Origin: Blastocystis sp. Blastoise | Taxonomy: Eukaryota; Protista; Bigyra: Opalinata | Direction of reading: 5' to 3' | Length of the DNA: 64,000 nt | NCBI GenBank assembly: GCA_039096225.1 | Contig: JBBPEB010000020.1 | Coordinates: 186,001 to 250,000 of the forward strand | In this document: in pieces, positions 38,851 to 57,924 of the stretch | Layout of the letters: the number at the start of each line of letters is the position of its first letter | Numbering within the stretch: the stretch's first letter is position 1 | Notes under the pieces: generated by a model | The model's database searches: none | Seen by the model: the letters and a program-made list of their open reading frames with translations, nothing else | Told to the model about the DNA's origin: nothing | Translations under genes and position numbers: made by a program

Positions 38851-40459
38851 GGAGTTGACGAGTGAATGAGTATATGCACATGTTGGCTCATAATTTTATA
38901 AAAAGTAGTTCAATATGTCCTAAACCACATATTAGGACAATTCTATAAATATTATCACTTTATAATGAGTTTAAAGGGTAAAATAATTTTGAATTGTCTG
39001 TTTGACTGTCTTAAGTGAAGAGATTCAAGTCACTTTTTGTAAAAATGAGTATTAGAGTGTTTAATGTTTATAATAATAAAAGAATTGTTTGAAATAAAGG
39101 TGGTTGTGTGTTTGACCAAAATGTTAAAATGAGTCTATTTTAAAAAAATGGTTAGAATAAGAAAGTATTGAGTGTTTTTGGAGTATTTTATATTAAAATC
39201 TACAATAAATAAACATTTTAAGTTGTTTAAAAATTTGATTCTTTAGAATTACAATAGTTAAGTCAAGAGATTCAAGTCACTTTTTATAAAAATAATAAAT
39301 AGACTTATTATAGAATATAAAATATTAAAAATTAGTTTAATTAAACATGGTTGACTGTTTGATAGGAATGTTAGAATGGGTAAAAAGATTTTAATTGTTT
39401 CTAAAACAGTATAATACGTTTTTTTGTCACTAAATACAAAAATATTATTGTTTAAAGAATGTTTTTTATCTTTCAAAAGAACTCATTTTTTGTAATTGTG
39501 ACTTTAAACAAATGAAATTCAAGTTACTTTTTATAAATTAAAATAATAAATTAAATATATATGTATATTAGCATAAAATTAGTTAAAATAAAAGTGGATA
39601 TGTGTATTTCAAAACGTTAAAGTCTTTTAGAGTTTTTTTAAAATAACTCATTTGTTTTATAAACTATATTTTATGTATGATAGTTACAGTTTTTAAAGTA
39701 CTAAATCTATTTATGATATAGAATGTAATTTTTGGTTTATATTTAGTTTTTCGTTTCATTTAATGAAATGATTTTGAAAACATTATAAAAAATGAATAGA
39801 TAATTTTTAAAAATAATTCTTTTTTTCTTTTATAAAAGAAATTCTATATATGATAAATATTTAGAAAGAACTCTATGAGTTATTATCGATTATATAGAAT
39901 AATATATATATTTTAATTATTAAAAATATATATATATTTTTTTAAATCCAAATTGAAATAGGAGTAATAAAAAATAATAATATTATAAACATTTGAATCT
40001 GATAGTATTAAAATATAGTAACTATTACATATAATTAAACATTTATTAATAAGAAAAGGGGTATAATAAAATATTAAATATATATATATAATAGTATATA
40101 TAAAAAGAAATGATAGAATATAAAAAATCAAATAGAGATAAAAATGATAATAATTTAAAATGGAATAAAATAATATATGAGAAAATTTATAAAAGAATAA
40201 ATAATATTTTTTAGACAAAAGAGTAAGTTCTTTCTCATAATAATAATTATATAGAATAATTAAAAATAAAAAATAAATTCTTAAAGATAAGAAATAACTG
40301 ATAATAATAAGTTTTAAAAGAAAAAATATTTTATAATCATAATAATATTGTTTAAAGTATAAAATATTTATAAAACTAAATGAATTTATAATTACAAAAA
40401 CAGTTATAAATAAATTAACAAAGAAAAGTGAATTAATATAGAAAACTAAAATATAAATT

Positions 40460-41045
40460 TAAATCTAAATAGAAATCTAAATAGAAATAGAAATAGAAAT
40501 AGAAATAGAAATCTAAATAGAAATCTAAATAGAAATAGAAATAGAAATAGAAATAGAAATAGAAATAGAAATAGAAATCTAAATCTAAATCTAAATCTAA
40601 ATAGAAATAGAAATAGAAATAGAAATAGAAATAGAAATAGAAATAGAAATAGAAATAGAAATAGAAATAGAAATAGAAATAGAAATAGAAAAAGAAATAG
40701 AAATAGAAATAGAAATAGAAATAGAAATAGAAATAGAAATAGAAATAGAAATAGAAATAGAAATAGAAATAGAAATAGAAATAGAAATAGAAATAGAAAT
40801 AGAAATAGAAATAGAAATAGAAATAGAAATAGAAATAGAAATAGAAATAGAAATAGAAATAGAAATAGAAATAGAAATAGAAATAGAAATAGAAATAGAA
40901 ATAGAAATAGAAATAGAAATAGAAATAGAAATAGAAATAGAAATAGAAATAGAAATAGAAATAGAAATAGAAATAGAAATAGAAATAGAAATAGAAATAG
41001 AAATAGAAATAGAAATAGAAATTGAAATCTAAATTGAAATAGAAA
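40460..41045 (+). repeat. (AGAAAT)n microsatellite
   Basis: Direct inspection. Confidence 0.97.
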
Positions 41046-41424
41046 TATGAATAAGATTAAAAATAAAATATAAGAGCTAATCAATTATTATTAATAAACA
41101 ATAAATATATATAATCAATAATAAAAATAGCTAAAATGATACTAAATAAAAAAGGAAATACTACTCAAAAAATGTAATATAAAATGTTAAATAGGAATTA
41201 TGAATAAAGTGTGAATTAAATTATTTAGAATATACTAAACTAATAACTAAACAATAGAAGATAACAACTAAAACAATTGAAATAATAATTTATAAAATAT
41301 GAAATAGTCTTCATCCTAAAAATAAAAAAATAGAAATGAATAACAAAAACATAAAAATAAACATAATATTTAAAAAAAAACCAACATAAAATATAACAAT
41401 TAAGAGATGACAACTATCAAAACT

Positions 41425-41461
41425 CAAGCGTAGGCTGGCGTAGCCAGTCGTGAAACGCTTG
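41425..41461 (+). other. Isolated GC-rich hairpin, possible Helitron-type 3' end
   Basis: CAAGCGT..ACGCTTG enclosing GGCTGGC-GTA-GCCAGTC, ending CTTG|T. Confidence 0.4.
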
Positions 41462-43913
41462 TATATCTTAATTATATCCTTCGTATGATTCGTAGCTATT
41501 ATTACATATCTGATATGCAGTTCTCTTTATATTAATAGACTATTTTTTGGCAAAAACCTCTTTTATCAATTGTTTTCATTTTATTTAACATTTATTTCTA
41601 TTTCAATTATAAAAGAAGTCTTCTATTCGTGATTTCATTTATTCTTTTCATTATAATAATAGTAGTATACACTAATTATTGATTTCTTATTGAGCTACCA
41701 ATGATTTTGTCATTATTTTAATTTATGCTAATATTGTCAAAACACAAGTTTTCTTTTTCTAGTTTTTTCACTTTATATTTCGTCATTTGTTTATTTTTAT
41801 GATTTTTTTCAACTCTATCACAAGTTTTTATTCATTTAAAGCATTTCCTTTATCACTTTCTCTTATTATCAACCTCTCTTTCGTATAAATATAAGTGCCT
41901 ACATATATAATATATGCTTTTAAGCTTCAACTATTATCTATTGCTATTCATCTTCTTTATCCTATTTTATTCACACAATTCCCTGCGCTTATACATATTT
42001 ATTTAAGTGTTTTATACAATTATATTTTTTTGTTTTTGCTTTTTGCTTTTTATTTTATAGGATTCTTAGATCAAAATTATTTCATTATTATCCTTATTTT
42101 AATGTCCTAGTTTGATTTCCATATTACTTATTATAATGATGTGAATTTATTAATTTGAAGATAGTTTTAAATTTTTTATTTTTAGTTAATGATTTCTATT
42201 CTTCATCTTCTTATCAGTGTTCTGTCTCTACTATTCCTTTATTGACTAACTAATTTGAAATCTTCTTATGTGCCTTATACCATTATTAATCCATTCTTAA
42301 CTTATGTCTTGTCGTTTTTATTATGTAAATATTATATTCTATTATTGGTTATGTTTCTTCTACACTACGTTTTAGTTTCCCTTCTTTTCTTATTTAATTT
42401 TATGATTTTCATCAGTCACTATTTTTTGGTCTTCTCTCATTATTTGTTTCTATTTCAATATAAGTTATTTACATAAATGTACATTTATGTTAAAAATTTT
42501 ATTTTAAAGGATATATAACTCCAACATCATCTTCCTTTAACATTAATTATGTAGTATCTAACTACTAATTTGCTTAGCATATTCATTTTGTATATCATCA
42601 AGATTTTAGTATTTCTTTTCTTGTTTACTGTCTTAACAAACATTTATTATTATTTCACAAATTATATATCACTCTTGATGGTTATTATTATTAATGCTTT
42701 TTTTTATTTCATCTTATTTATTGGTATTTATTGTATTTACTAACCTGAGTTTTTGATACATTATTGCTAGTATCATTTAATTACTGAATTATCTTAAATG
42801 AATTCAATGCTTCTTATTATTTATTGTGATTATCGTCTTCATTCTTTCTTTAAATTAGTCTTCTTAGTTATACCTTATACATATAGAAATATTTTTTTAA
42901 TGAATCATATTGTTTAATGTTCGCTTACATTATTTTCATTGTTTATTTATTGACAATATTATTTCACTTTAGAAGAAATATATGATTTTTGTTTCTCGCT
43001 CTAATTTAATTATTATTAATTTATTCTCATTATCCTATTTTGGATTTATTTACTTATTTTAATTTAATTGAATTATCTTTTACTTATCATCACCTTGGTA
43101 TATCATTTTAAGAATTAATATTACTATAATTTATAATTAGCATTTTTAAATATTTCTTTAAAACCTATTATTTGATTTGATGATAAAGTATTCTCTTTGC
43201 CACTCTGAAATCTCTCTTCTCTTTTATTTTCTAATTGTCGAATTAAAATAAATTGTATTCCTTTATATAATCACTTAAATATAATGTCTTGTTGTTCCTT
43301 AACATGTTGATAATAGTTAATGTAGCTAGTTATTAGTCTTAGATCCTATCATAAAGAGAAAATGATTCTATAATCAACTTATTAATCATTCCTCAATTAT
43401 CCTTTTTATATATCTATTTTCCTTCATATTAATCAATAAATATATTCAACATTACTTTCCTCTTTATTATAAACATACTTTTTTTCATGGTATTGATGGA
43501 CATTTGTTCTAAAGATATAAATAACAGAAGAAGAGTTATTATATATAATATAATACACTATTATTATTTTATCATAAATATTTTCAATGATTTATATGGT
43601 TTCGGTTATGGAAATAAATTAGTTTGTAATATAATGGAAATTAATTCCTTTAACCACCGTTAATAATAGATTATTTCATGTCTATATTGTTGTGTATTCA
43701 AAAATATAATATATCTCTGCAAAATAGAATTATTATAATCATATTGATGTTTAGTAAGAATAGAGTTAAGGATATATATAAATATAGATATGTATAATCA
43801 GAGTACGTTAAAAGAATTTAAACAAGAAGAATATATATAATAATATATAATTGATATATAATATAAAACAATTTTTATTCTTATCAGAAATAGCAATAGA
43901 ATAGCATATAATA

Positions 43914-46900
43914 CTAGTCACAATTTAATAGTGAACTTTTTAAGACCTTTGTGGTAAGGTTATTACTGAGTATTGGTAATCTAAGATCTTCCATATACTT
44001 TTCCACAATTTCGCTGCTATTCAATGATGAAAGAAGATCTTGATTACACGTACTTGACATGTATGCTTGAAGCAACTCAGGCTTCATAGATGTTTGAAAA
44101 CAGCTTTTTATTCTTCGTAAAGTACTAAAACAAGTCTCACTTTTGATACTTGTTGGGTTGACTGTTAAACATATTTGCACAGCGACCTCATACATTGTAT
44201 AGTTTATTTGATACTTTTTGCGGATCATTTCAATAATATCACTTATTGAAGATTCAAGAGAAATAATTGTTTTTAAATAATTTATCATCTGTCCTATTTT
44301 AGATACAAAATCAATAGGAAGGCGAAAAGAGAATAGAGAATAGAAAGTCTGTATGCACAATAATTGAGTATCTTCACTAGTTCTGAGAATAAGATCAGGT
44401 GTAACGAATAATGAAAGTGATAAATCCTTAATTATGTCTTTGTATAATCTTGTTATCATACTTTGTTTTATTCGTAATATCATAAGATTAATATTTGCTG
44501 AGAATTGATAAATATTATTTCTATTATTTTCGAATATAATACTATATATATAATACTTTAAATAAAAAGAATATAAACTGAGTTATATATATATATATAT
44601 ATTCGTATAATATATGAAGATATATATGGAAATGTATATAAAAATTTCTATGGAAATGTATATGTATAGTTATATTAAATATATACTTATAATTTGATGA
44701 ATCTAATTTAGATTTTACATATAACTTCTTCTCATCTAAAGTTGTATTTGAAGTGGTTTCTTGAGATAATGACTCAATAGTACCAATCTGGTCAACATTA
44801 TATGTTGAAATAATTCGTTTTTTGTCAGGATATAAAGAACGTATATCTTTAATAATATTTTCAGAGTTTCTAGTACAATTCTGTATCTTCCGTGGTCTAC
44901 CTCTTGATCTCTTAGTTTCAGATAATAATAAAGGAGCATTTGATTTGCTTTTACTAGAATTATTTGAATTATCTATATTCTTTAATGAATTATTAGTATT
45001 ATGTAACGGTGATAATTCGCTGTATAATATAGAATAAAATATATCTATATCTTCATCTAATATATTATAGATATTCATTATCGGTTTTTCTGGGCAAGAT
45101 GTGATTGATGTAGACGAAGAAGTAGGAAGAGAAAGAGAAGAAGATTTTTGTTTTGTCTCTTGTAACAATATAAATTGAATATATTTATCTGAATTAGTAT
45201 TGTTTATATTTGATACACATCTATTCATTCTTATATCTTTACTATGCTCATTAGCAGCAACAGGTGCCATGTTAATATCATTATCACGATTAATCAGAAT
45301 GTTTTGCTTTACTCTATAATACATAATATATATATGAGAATTGTTATAGTAATTTAATTATGATATTTGAATATATATATATACCTTTTTGTTTGTGGAA
45401 CTTGAAGACCTTTATATATATACGTTCTTTGTAAATTTTCCTTTTCCATTTCTTCCCTATAATTGAGAATTGAAAGTATTGACTCTGATATAGAAAATGA
45501 AGACTGTTGTGGAAATGAAGTATCATAATTACTCAACGATTCTGAATTCAATACCTCTCCACTTTCAGAAAAATCATCGTGACTTGAATTTGTATCATCA
45601 TATGATAAATCATTTGCTGAATTTTCTATTATATCTATATTAAACTCATTAATATAATTAGGCATATTATTCATGATATTAATAATAGAGTCTATACAAG
45701 ATTTAGATTCTATGTTACTATACTTCTTAAGACATTGTGCTAAAGATTGAATATTAGAATATAAATAGTCTCTTCTATTAACAGCATTCTTATACATTTT
45801 CTTTATGGTTTGTGGAGAACATAGGTTAGAGAGACGATCGAATGTTTGGTTAATAATCCTAAGTGCTTCAGAAACAGTAAGAGTATCCGATTGTAACTGA
45901 GAAGATGCGTCATGCATAATACTAAGTAGATAAAACCAAGACTCAATATATAATTGAAATGATACCTCTCCTATTACCTTTAACATTTGTTCACAATTTT
46001 TGAAACATATATTATTTTTGTTATACGAATAATAATATAATAGAAATATTTTGCATAATGTCTGCTTTGAATGAATCATATAAGGATAAATAGAAAAATA
46101 TCTAGCTATGAATCGTGTATCTGATATTTGTGGTAGAGTGTACAAGCTAAATCCATGATTCTTTATAAGAACCCTAATTCTTGAGCATCTTGACCAACTA
46201 GTAGCAACATTATTAATAGTATCTATGTAGAATGAAGAGTCAATAATACTTTTCTGTAAGTCCAAGAGAGAGAGATTAAGCATGTGTACACGGCATCCAT
46301 AGCCGATTATTGAAGAAGGATTCATTGACAAGCCGGCAATAATACCAGATGTAATGCTTGTATTACAAATACAGTTGTCGTATGATATACAACATAAATT
46401 ACTTTTAATATAATTAAATTGCTCGAGACATTTAAGTATTGATTTTGCAATAAAAACACCTGATGGTGAAGTTTCTTCTAAGATATATAAAAAATACTGA
46501 TGAATCTTAAAATTATCATCAATATAACGAATAGTAATTGTTAATTCTTCTAATTTTTGTGCTGTTGTTCCATCAGTTGTAAGACTATACAATTTGTTTC
46601 CAACATTATTCTTTAATATTTCTATAAGGCTTTTTGAAATAATACTTATCCATTTTTGGATTGATCTTATTGATTTATATATCCTTTCATTCTCTATTAA
46701 AAATTGATTAAATATAGGGTCATTTTTTCCAGTAAGCTTTAACAGTGTAAGAAACATACCACAATTAGTTGATGATAAAGTAGTAGTGTCACCATATATA
46801 GAGTGTATATGAGATAAACAAACACAAATACAATTATAAAACTTTGAAAGGAAATATTTCCATACTAGTTTATTATTCGTGGTTATACAATGATTTGTTG

Positions 46901-49141
46901 AATTAGATATTAATGTTTGATTATTTTTCAAATTTTGAAGAAGACTTCTGAATTTCTTTAATGCTATTTTATGAGTACTTAAAGACATATGTGATTCTAC
47001 TGTAGTGTATATATATTTATTTCCTGATAACATAGGATCTTCAGAATAAAGGAGACAAGCAATACAATACCATTTATGTTCATCTTGATTATATGATATA
47101 AACTTATTATATACTCCATTATGCTTCAAAATACTTTTAAGTGATGGATACTTTAGAGACTCAACATCATAGAACATATTATCATCAGCCAAATATGAAA
47201 GTAATTGTATTATATCACTTCTATTATTATTCAAGTAAATCTTCCATCTTTCATTCTTATTAAGAATAGAATTCATATCCTCACTCATAGAAGATTCAAT
47301 ACTATTCTGCTTAACTAAACTGAAGAATTGATCATTACATTTAAGACAAGATTTAATATTCTCTATAGGATAATAATGAGAATTATCATCAACTTGTTTT
47401 GCTATTTCAGATGTTTTATAAGATATATTTTGACTAATATTAGTATTATATTGTGATTCGTCTCTTGCAGAAGATTTAGTATTCATATTTTTATAAGAAT
47501 CAGGAAGAAGTAAATACATGTTATTAACAATATCTATTGTTATGGAAGCAGAGAGTAGGAGAGATCCAAATGAATCTGAAATGTATCTTGATAAGGAAAT
47601 TAGTTTGGCAGCAACAACTTCTATTGCTTTCGTATTTAAAGATGTAACTGTATAAACTTGTTCTAAATATAGTATATATATACTATAAACTATATATATA
47701 CCTAAAGAATTATTATCCTTCTTCTTCACCTCTTCTCTTTCAATTGATAATGAATCTACTATATATATTTAATTATTAATTATTATATTATTAATTATTA
47801 TATATATATACCTAAAGAATTATTATCCTTCTTCTTCTCCTCTTCTCTTTCAACTGATAATAAATCTACTATATATATTATTAATTATTAATTATTATTT
47901 ATTATATATATACCTAAAGAATTATTATCCTTCTTCTTCACCTCTTCTCTTTCAATTGATAATAAATCTACTATATATATTTAATTATTATTTATTATAT
48001 ATATATACCTAAAGAATTATTATCCTTCTTCTTCTCCTCTTCTCTTTCAACTGATAATAAATCTACTATATATATTATTAATTATTAATTATTATATATA
48101 TATACCTAAAGAATTATTATCCTTCTTCTTCTCCTCTTCTCTTTCAACTGATAATAAATCTACTATATATATTATTAATTATTAATTATTATATATATAT
48201 ACCTAAAGAATTATTATCCTTCTTCTTCTCCTCTTCTCTTTCAACTGATAATAAACCTACTATATATATTATTAATTATTAATTATTATTTATTATATAT
48301 ATACCTAAAGAATTATTATCCTTCTTCTTCACCTCTTCTCTTTCAATTGATAATAAATCTACTATATATATTTAATTATTATTTATTATATATATACCTA
48401 AAGAATTATTATCCTTCTTCTTCTCCTCTTCTCTTTCAACTGATAATAAATCTACTATATATATTATTAATTATTAATTATTAATTATTATACATATGTA
48501 TATACAACTAAACTGTAAGCTGGGGTCTTCTATGCTGCCATTCTTAGATATAATACCATCAATGAATTTTAATTCTTTCTTTAGGGATACTTTATTACAT
48601 ATAGTATTGATAATTAGGTAATTAAAAAGCATACCACATATATATCCATCTTCTTGACAATATACACTTATTTTCTCATTTGCTAATCGTACAGATTTAT
48701 AACCTTCTTGAATAATACGTTTTGACAAAGATTTATTTACTAAATTACATATATTTATTTATATATACATATATAATACATGCTGCTATTTCTTTTAGTG
48801 TTTTTATTTTACCTTTATAAAATGCTTTTTGTTTATTCTCAATTTCTAGACATTTTTAATAATAATATCTAATGAATACCTTCAATAATAAAAATAACAT
48901 TGTAACCTGACTTTTGAACCATATCTATGAACTTCTTATATTCTTTTATTTTTTGAACTCTCCCATTCTATATTTAAAATGACTTTACATAAAATATTAA
49001 ATTACTTACATGTATTTTTGGTAAAAGATCGCTAATAGAGTGTTTATGATGAGTATCATCATAATAATTTTCAGCATTTTGTCCTAAATATTTTCTTACA
49101 TATATTGGAAGCAAGTATATAATAAATGAAGCTGTTATCAT
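43914..49141 (-). CDS. Multi-exon hAT transposase (TTF/ZMYM1-like); 5' exons damaged
   Basis: WYCIACLLY..H....H Zn finger, SLTTDGTT, ISYDN, GCRVHMLNL (CxxH), DTRF, AT-hook RGRPRK and C-terminal dimerisation motif TSIKSETCFSTLRRIK. Introns 45314-45384 and 44542-44686 join the three large ORFs in frame. A TAG at 48869-48871 and a nearby frameshift affect the 5' part. Confidence 0.88.
47701..48460 (-). repeat. Eight tandem copies of a 57-nt phase-1 exon plus flanking intron
   Basis: Each unit reads TATAG|TAGATTTATTATCAGTTGAAAGAGAAGAGGAGAAGAAGAAGGATAATAATTCTTTAG|GTATATA and encodes VDLLSVEREEEKKKDNNSL or a close variant. Confidence 0.85.
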
Positions 49142-50029
49142 GGTATATAATGATATATAACCCTTTAAAAAAGTATATTTTATAATAAAAAGAAAAGAAT
49201 ATTTTTCTTTTTTGCGATTAAAATGACTTTTTCAAAATATTTTTTAAATATATATTTCATTTATTCCTTTTAAGACTTAGACTATAGCCGTTTAGGTAGA
49301 AAATCATTTAAGAAGTCTTTGTTTTTTCATTTTATTCAGTCTTCATTAAAGTATTGAAAATTCTTTAAAATGATTATTGTTTTGTCTATACTTTTAAATA
49401 TGTCTCCTATCCAATTTTGATAATTACGATGATTCCTAACGATTTAACAACTTTTTTACTAAATCCATTGAATGCTCAGTCGATCTGATGGACACTTGAC
49501 TGCTATGGAAATAGTTGATATGTCACAATTTAGTTATATTAATAAATTTATGAACACTAAAGGATATGAAAGAAGTTTATATTCATCAAATAATTAGTTT
49601 TTAAAAAGAAATTATAAAAATAAAATGTCAAAAATGAACACAACGTGGGTAGATCCTCAAGCTAAAGGAAACATTAAGGCTTCCCAATCTCTTGGACTAT
49701 ATTTTTAATAAAATTTTAGTATATATTGTTTATATAATGTTAATAAACTTCATTTATTATTAATTTTATTCATTTTGTTTCACGACTCTCAAAGTATAGT
49801 TTATCTACATTAGTTTAAAATAAATCTTACGTTAATAAGTTGAATTCATCCTAAAAGTATAGAAATAATCAACATCTTTATTATTGATAAAATAAAATGC
49901 AATAAGACTATTTTAAAATTCTTAAAGTACAACCGTTCTTCTATATAGCATGAAAATGTCTTATATTGTATATTTAAAAAGAATCTTGATTAAATATTTT
50001 AAAAAGTTTAAATTTTATATCATTCTATT

Positions 50030-56330
<6,301 letters not shown>

Positions 56331-56922
56331 TATAAAGAGTTGTTTAAAAGCTAAAAGCCTTGATACCTAAAGAAAGAAAGCAATTAAGTAAAACAGATTA
56401 TAAAAATTAAAATAAATACTCAAGGCGAATACTCTTGATAAACTAAGTTGACTAAATAAAACCAAAATGAATGATCGTATCAAGAGATAATCAAAATAAA
56501 TATATAAAAGAACAAGTTTCATAAAAAGATGTTTTTCCAAGAAAAAAAATAAAAATGCCACAGGCGAGATTCGATCCAGCGACAATAACCACAATAACTA
56601 CAGCGGTGGTCAACTATACCAACTGCTTTCTCGATTTTATTTTCTTATGTGTTCTATATAATAAGTTTAAAATTATTTGAAATCTTCAAATATTATATTT
56701 ATGCTCTTTTATTACATTTATAACATTCTAGAAATACTTAGAATTGTTTTTAAACAAAAATTACTTAATTTTGGAAAACAATTATATGTTGATATGTTGA
56801 TTCTAAACTAAAAAGCAGATATCAATGATGTAAATCATGTTTACAAATAGTAAGATGAAACAAAGTTGATTTTTAATAAAATCATTGTAAATAACAGTCA
56901 AAAGAAAAAGTTTAAAAAAATA

Positions 56923-56992
56923 GTTCCTCGTAAGAATCGATCCGTCGACCATGTAAAAATTTTGTACGCACTGACCATTTGACCAAACAACC
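56923..56992 (-). pseudogene. Degenerate tRNA-derived sequence
   Basis: A-box-like TGGTCAAATGG and B-box-like GGATCGATTC with weak acceptor pairing; other arms pair poorly. Confidence 0.3.
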
Positions 56993-57924
56993 CCCTTATA
57001 ATATTTTTCATCAAGTCATATAATAATTGCAAAGCTAGTGACTACTAACCGTTTTTTTATTTTTTTATTTTTAAACATTAAAACAATATATTTTATAATA
57101 TAAATATTATAAATGTGTTTTGTGACTTATTCTTCATATAAAATGTATTTTAAAAGCATTTTATAAGGCTATAAAAAATCATTTTGTTGGACGTATTGTT
57201 TTTTCAAATCCCGCTTTTGTTCATCGTATTGTTTTTTGTTTGGTTTTTGAAAATAATTATTTTAATATGTTTTTTGTTTATTTAATTTTTATTACTAGTC
57301 AGGGGGTATCTGTAGAGTCCCTACAAGACTCCTTCATGATATTTAATAAAAATAAAAACTTTTTAATTACATTATTATTTTTTATAATATTTTTTAGTAA
57401 TTATTGACATTATTTTACATTACAAACATAAATAAAACTCTTTAAAATAATATACAAAAGAATATTTTAAGCAATTAACTTTTGTCACAAAATATTTTTT
57501 GTTTATCACTCAACTTAACACAAATAGTCAAACATAGGAATCATACTTGTTGTTATTTGATGACTTATGAACTTTTAAGTCATGTATCTGTCACAACATG
57601 TGTCACAAAAAACATTTTATTTGACTTATTTTCAAATAGTCATACACTATATACTAAAATAATATGTTTTTAGTCAAAAACTGTCACGTCATAATATAAT
57701 AGTCAATGAATGAATTATCTTTTTTATGTCACCTGGTCTTTTTTTGTGAAAAGTGTGTAAATCGACGTGTCTTGATGAGCTGAGTTTGAAAATATTTTTT
57801 TTATATTTTTAAAATGAAAAACAAAAAAGTTATTAATAATTTTTCATTTTTGTGTCACAAATTTTGCTGACAATTGCGACGCCGCAAAAAAAAAGGGCCT
57901 TTTGGAAGTCGCTGTTTTAAATAT

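Noticed and set aside
40446-41084. 212-aa (FL)n ORF; also the poly-Ile ORF at 51568-52044
   Set aside because: Microsatellite translations
41500-43500. Coding-like strand bias suggesting another cargo gene
   Set aside because: Too decayed; no frame or motif could be supported
47701-48460. CRISPR-like repeat/spacer appearance
   Set aside because: The spacers are near-identical AT introns, the context is eukaryotic, and there are no cas genes
57874-57924. Basic N-terminal extension MRRRKKKG of the 787-aa ORF as an NLS
   Set aside because: It is read mostly from the hAT terminal repeat and TSD, from a TTG start
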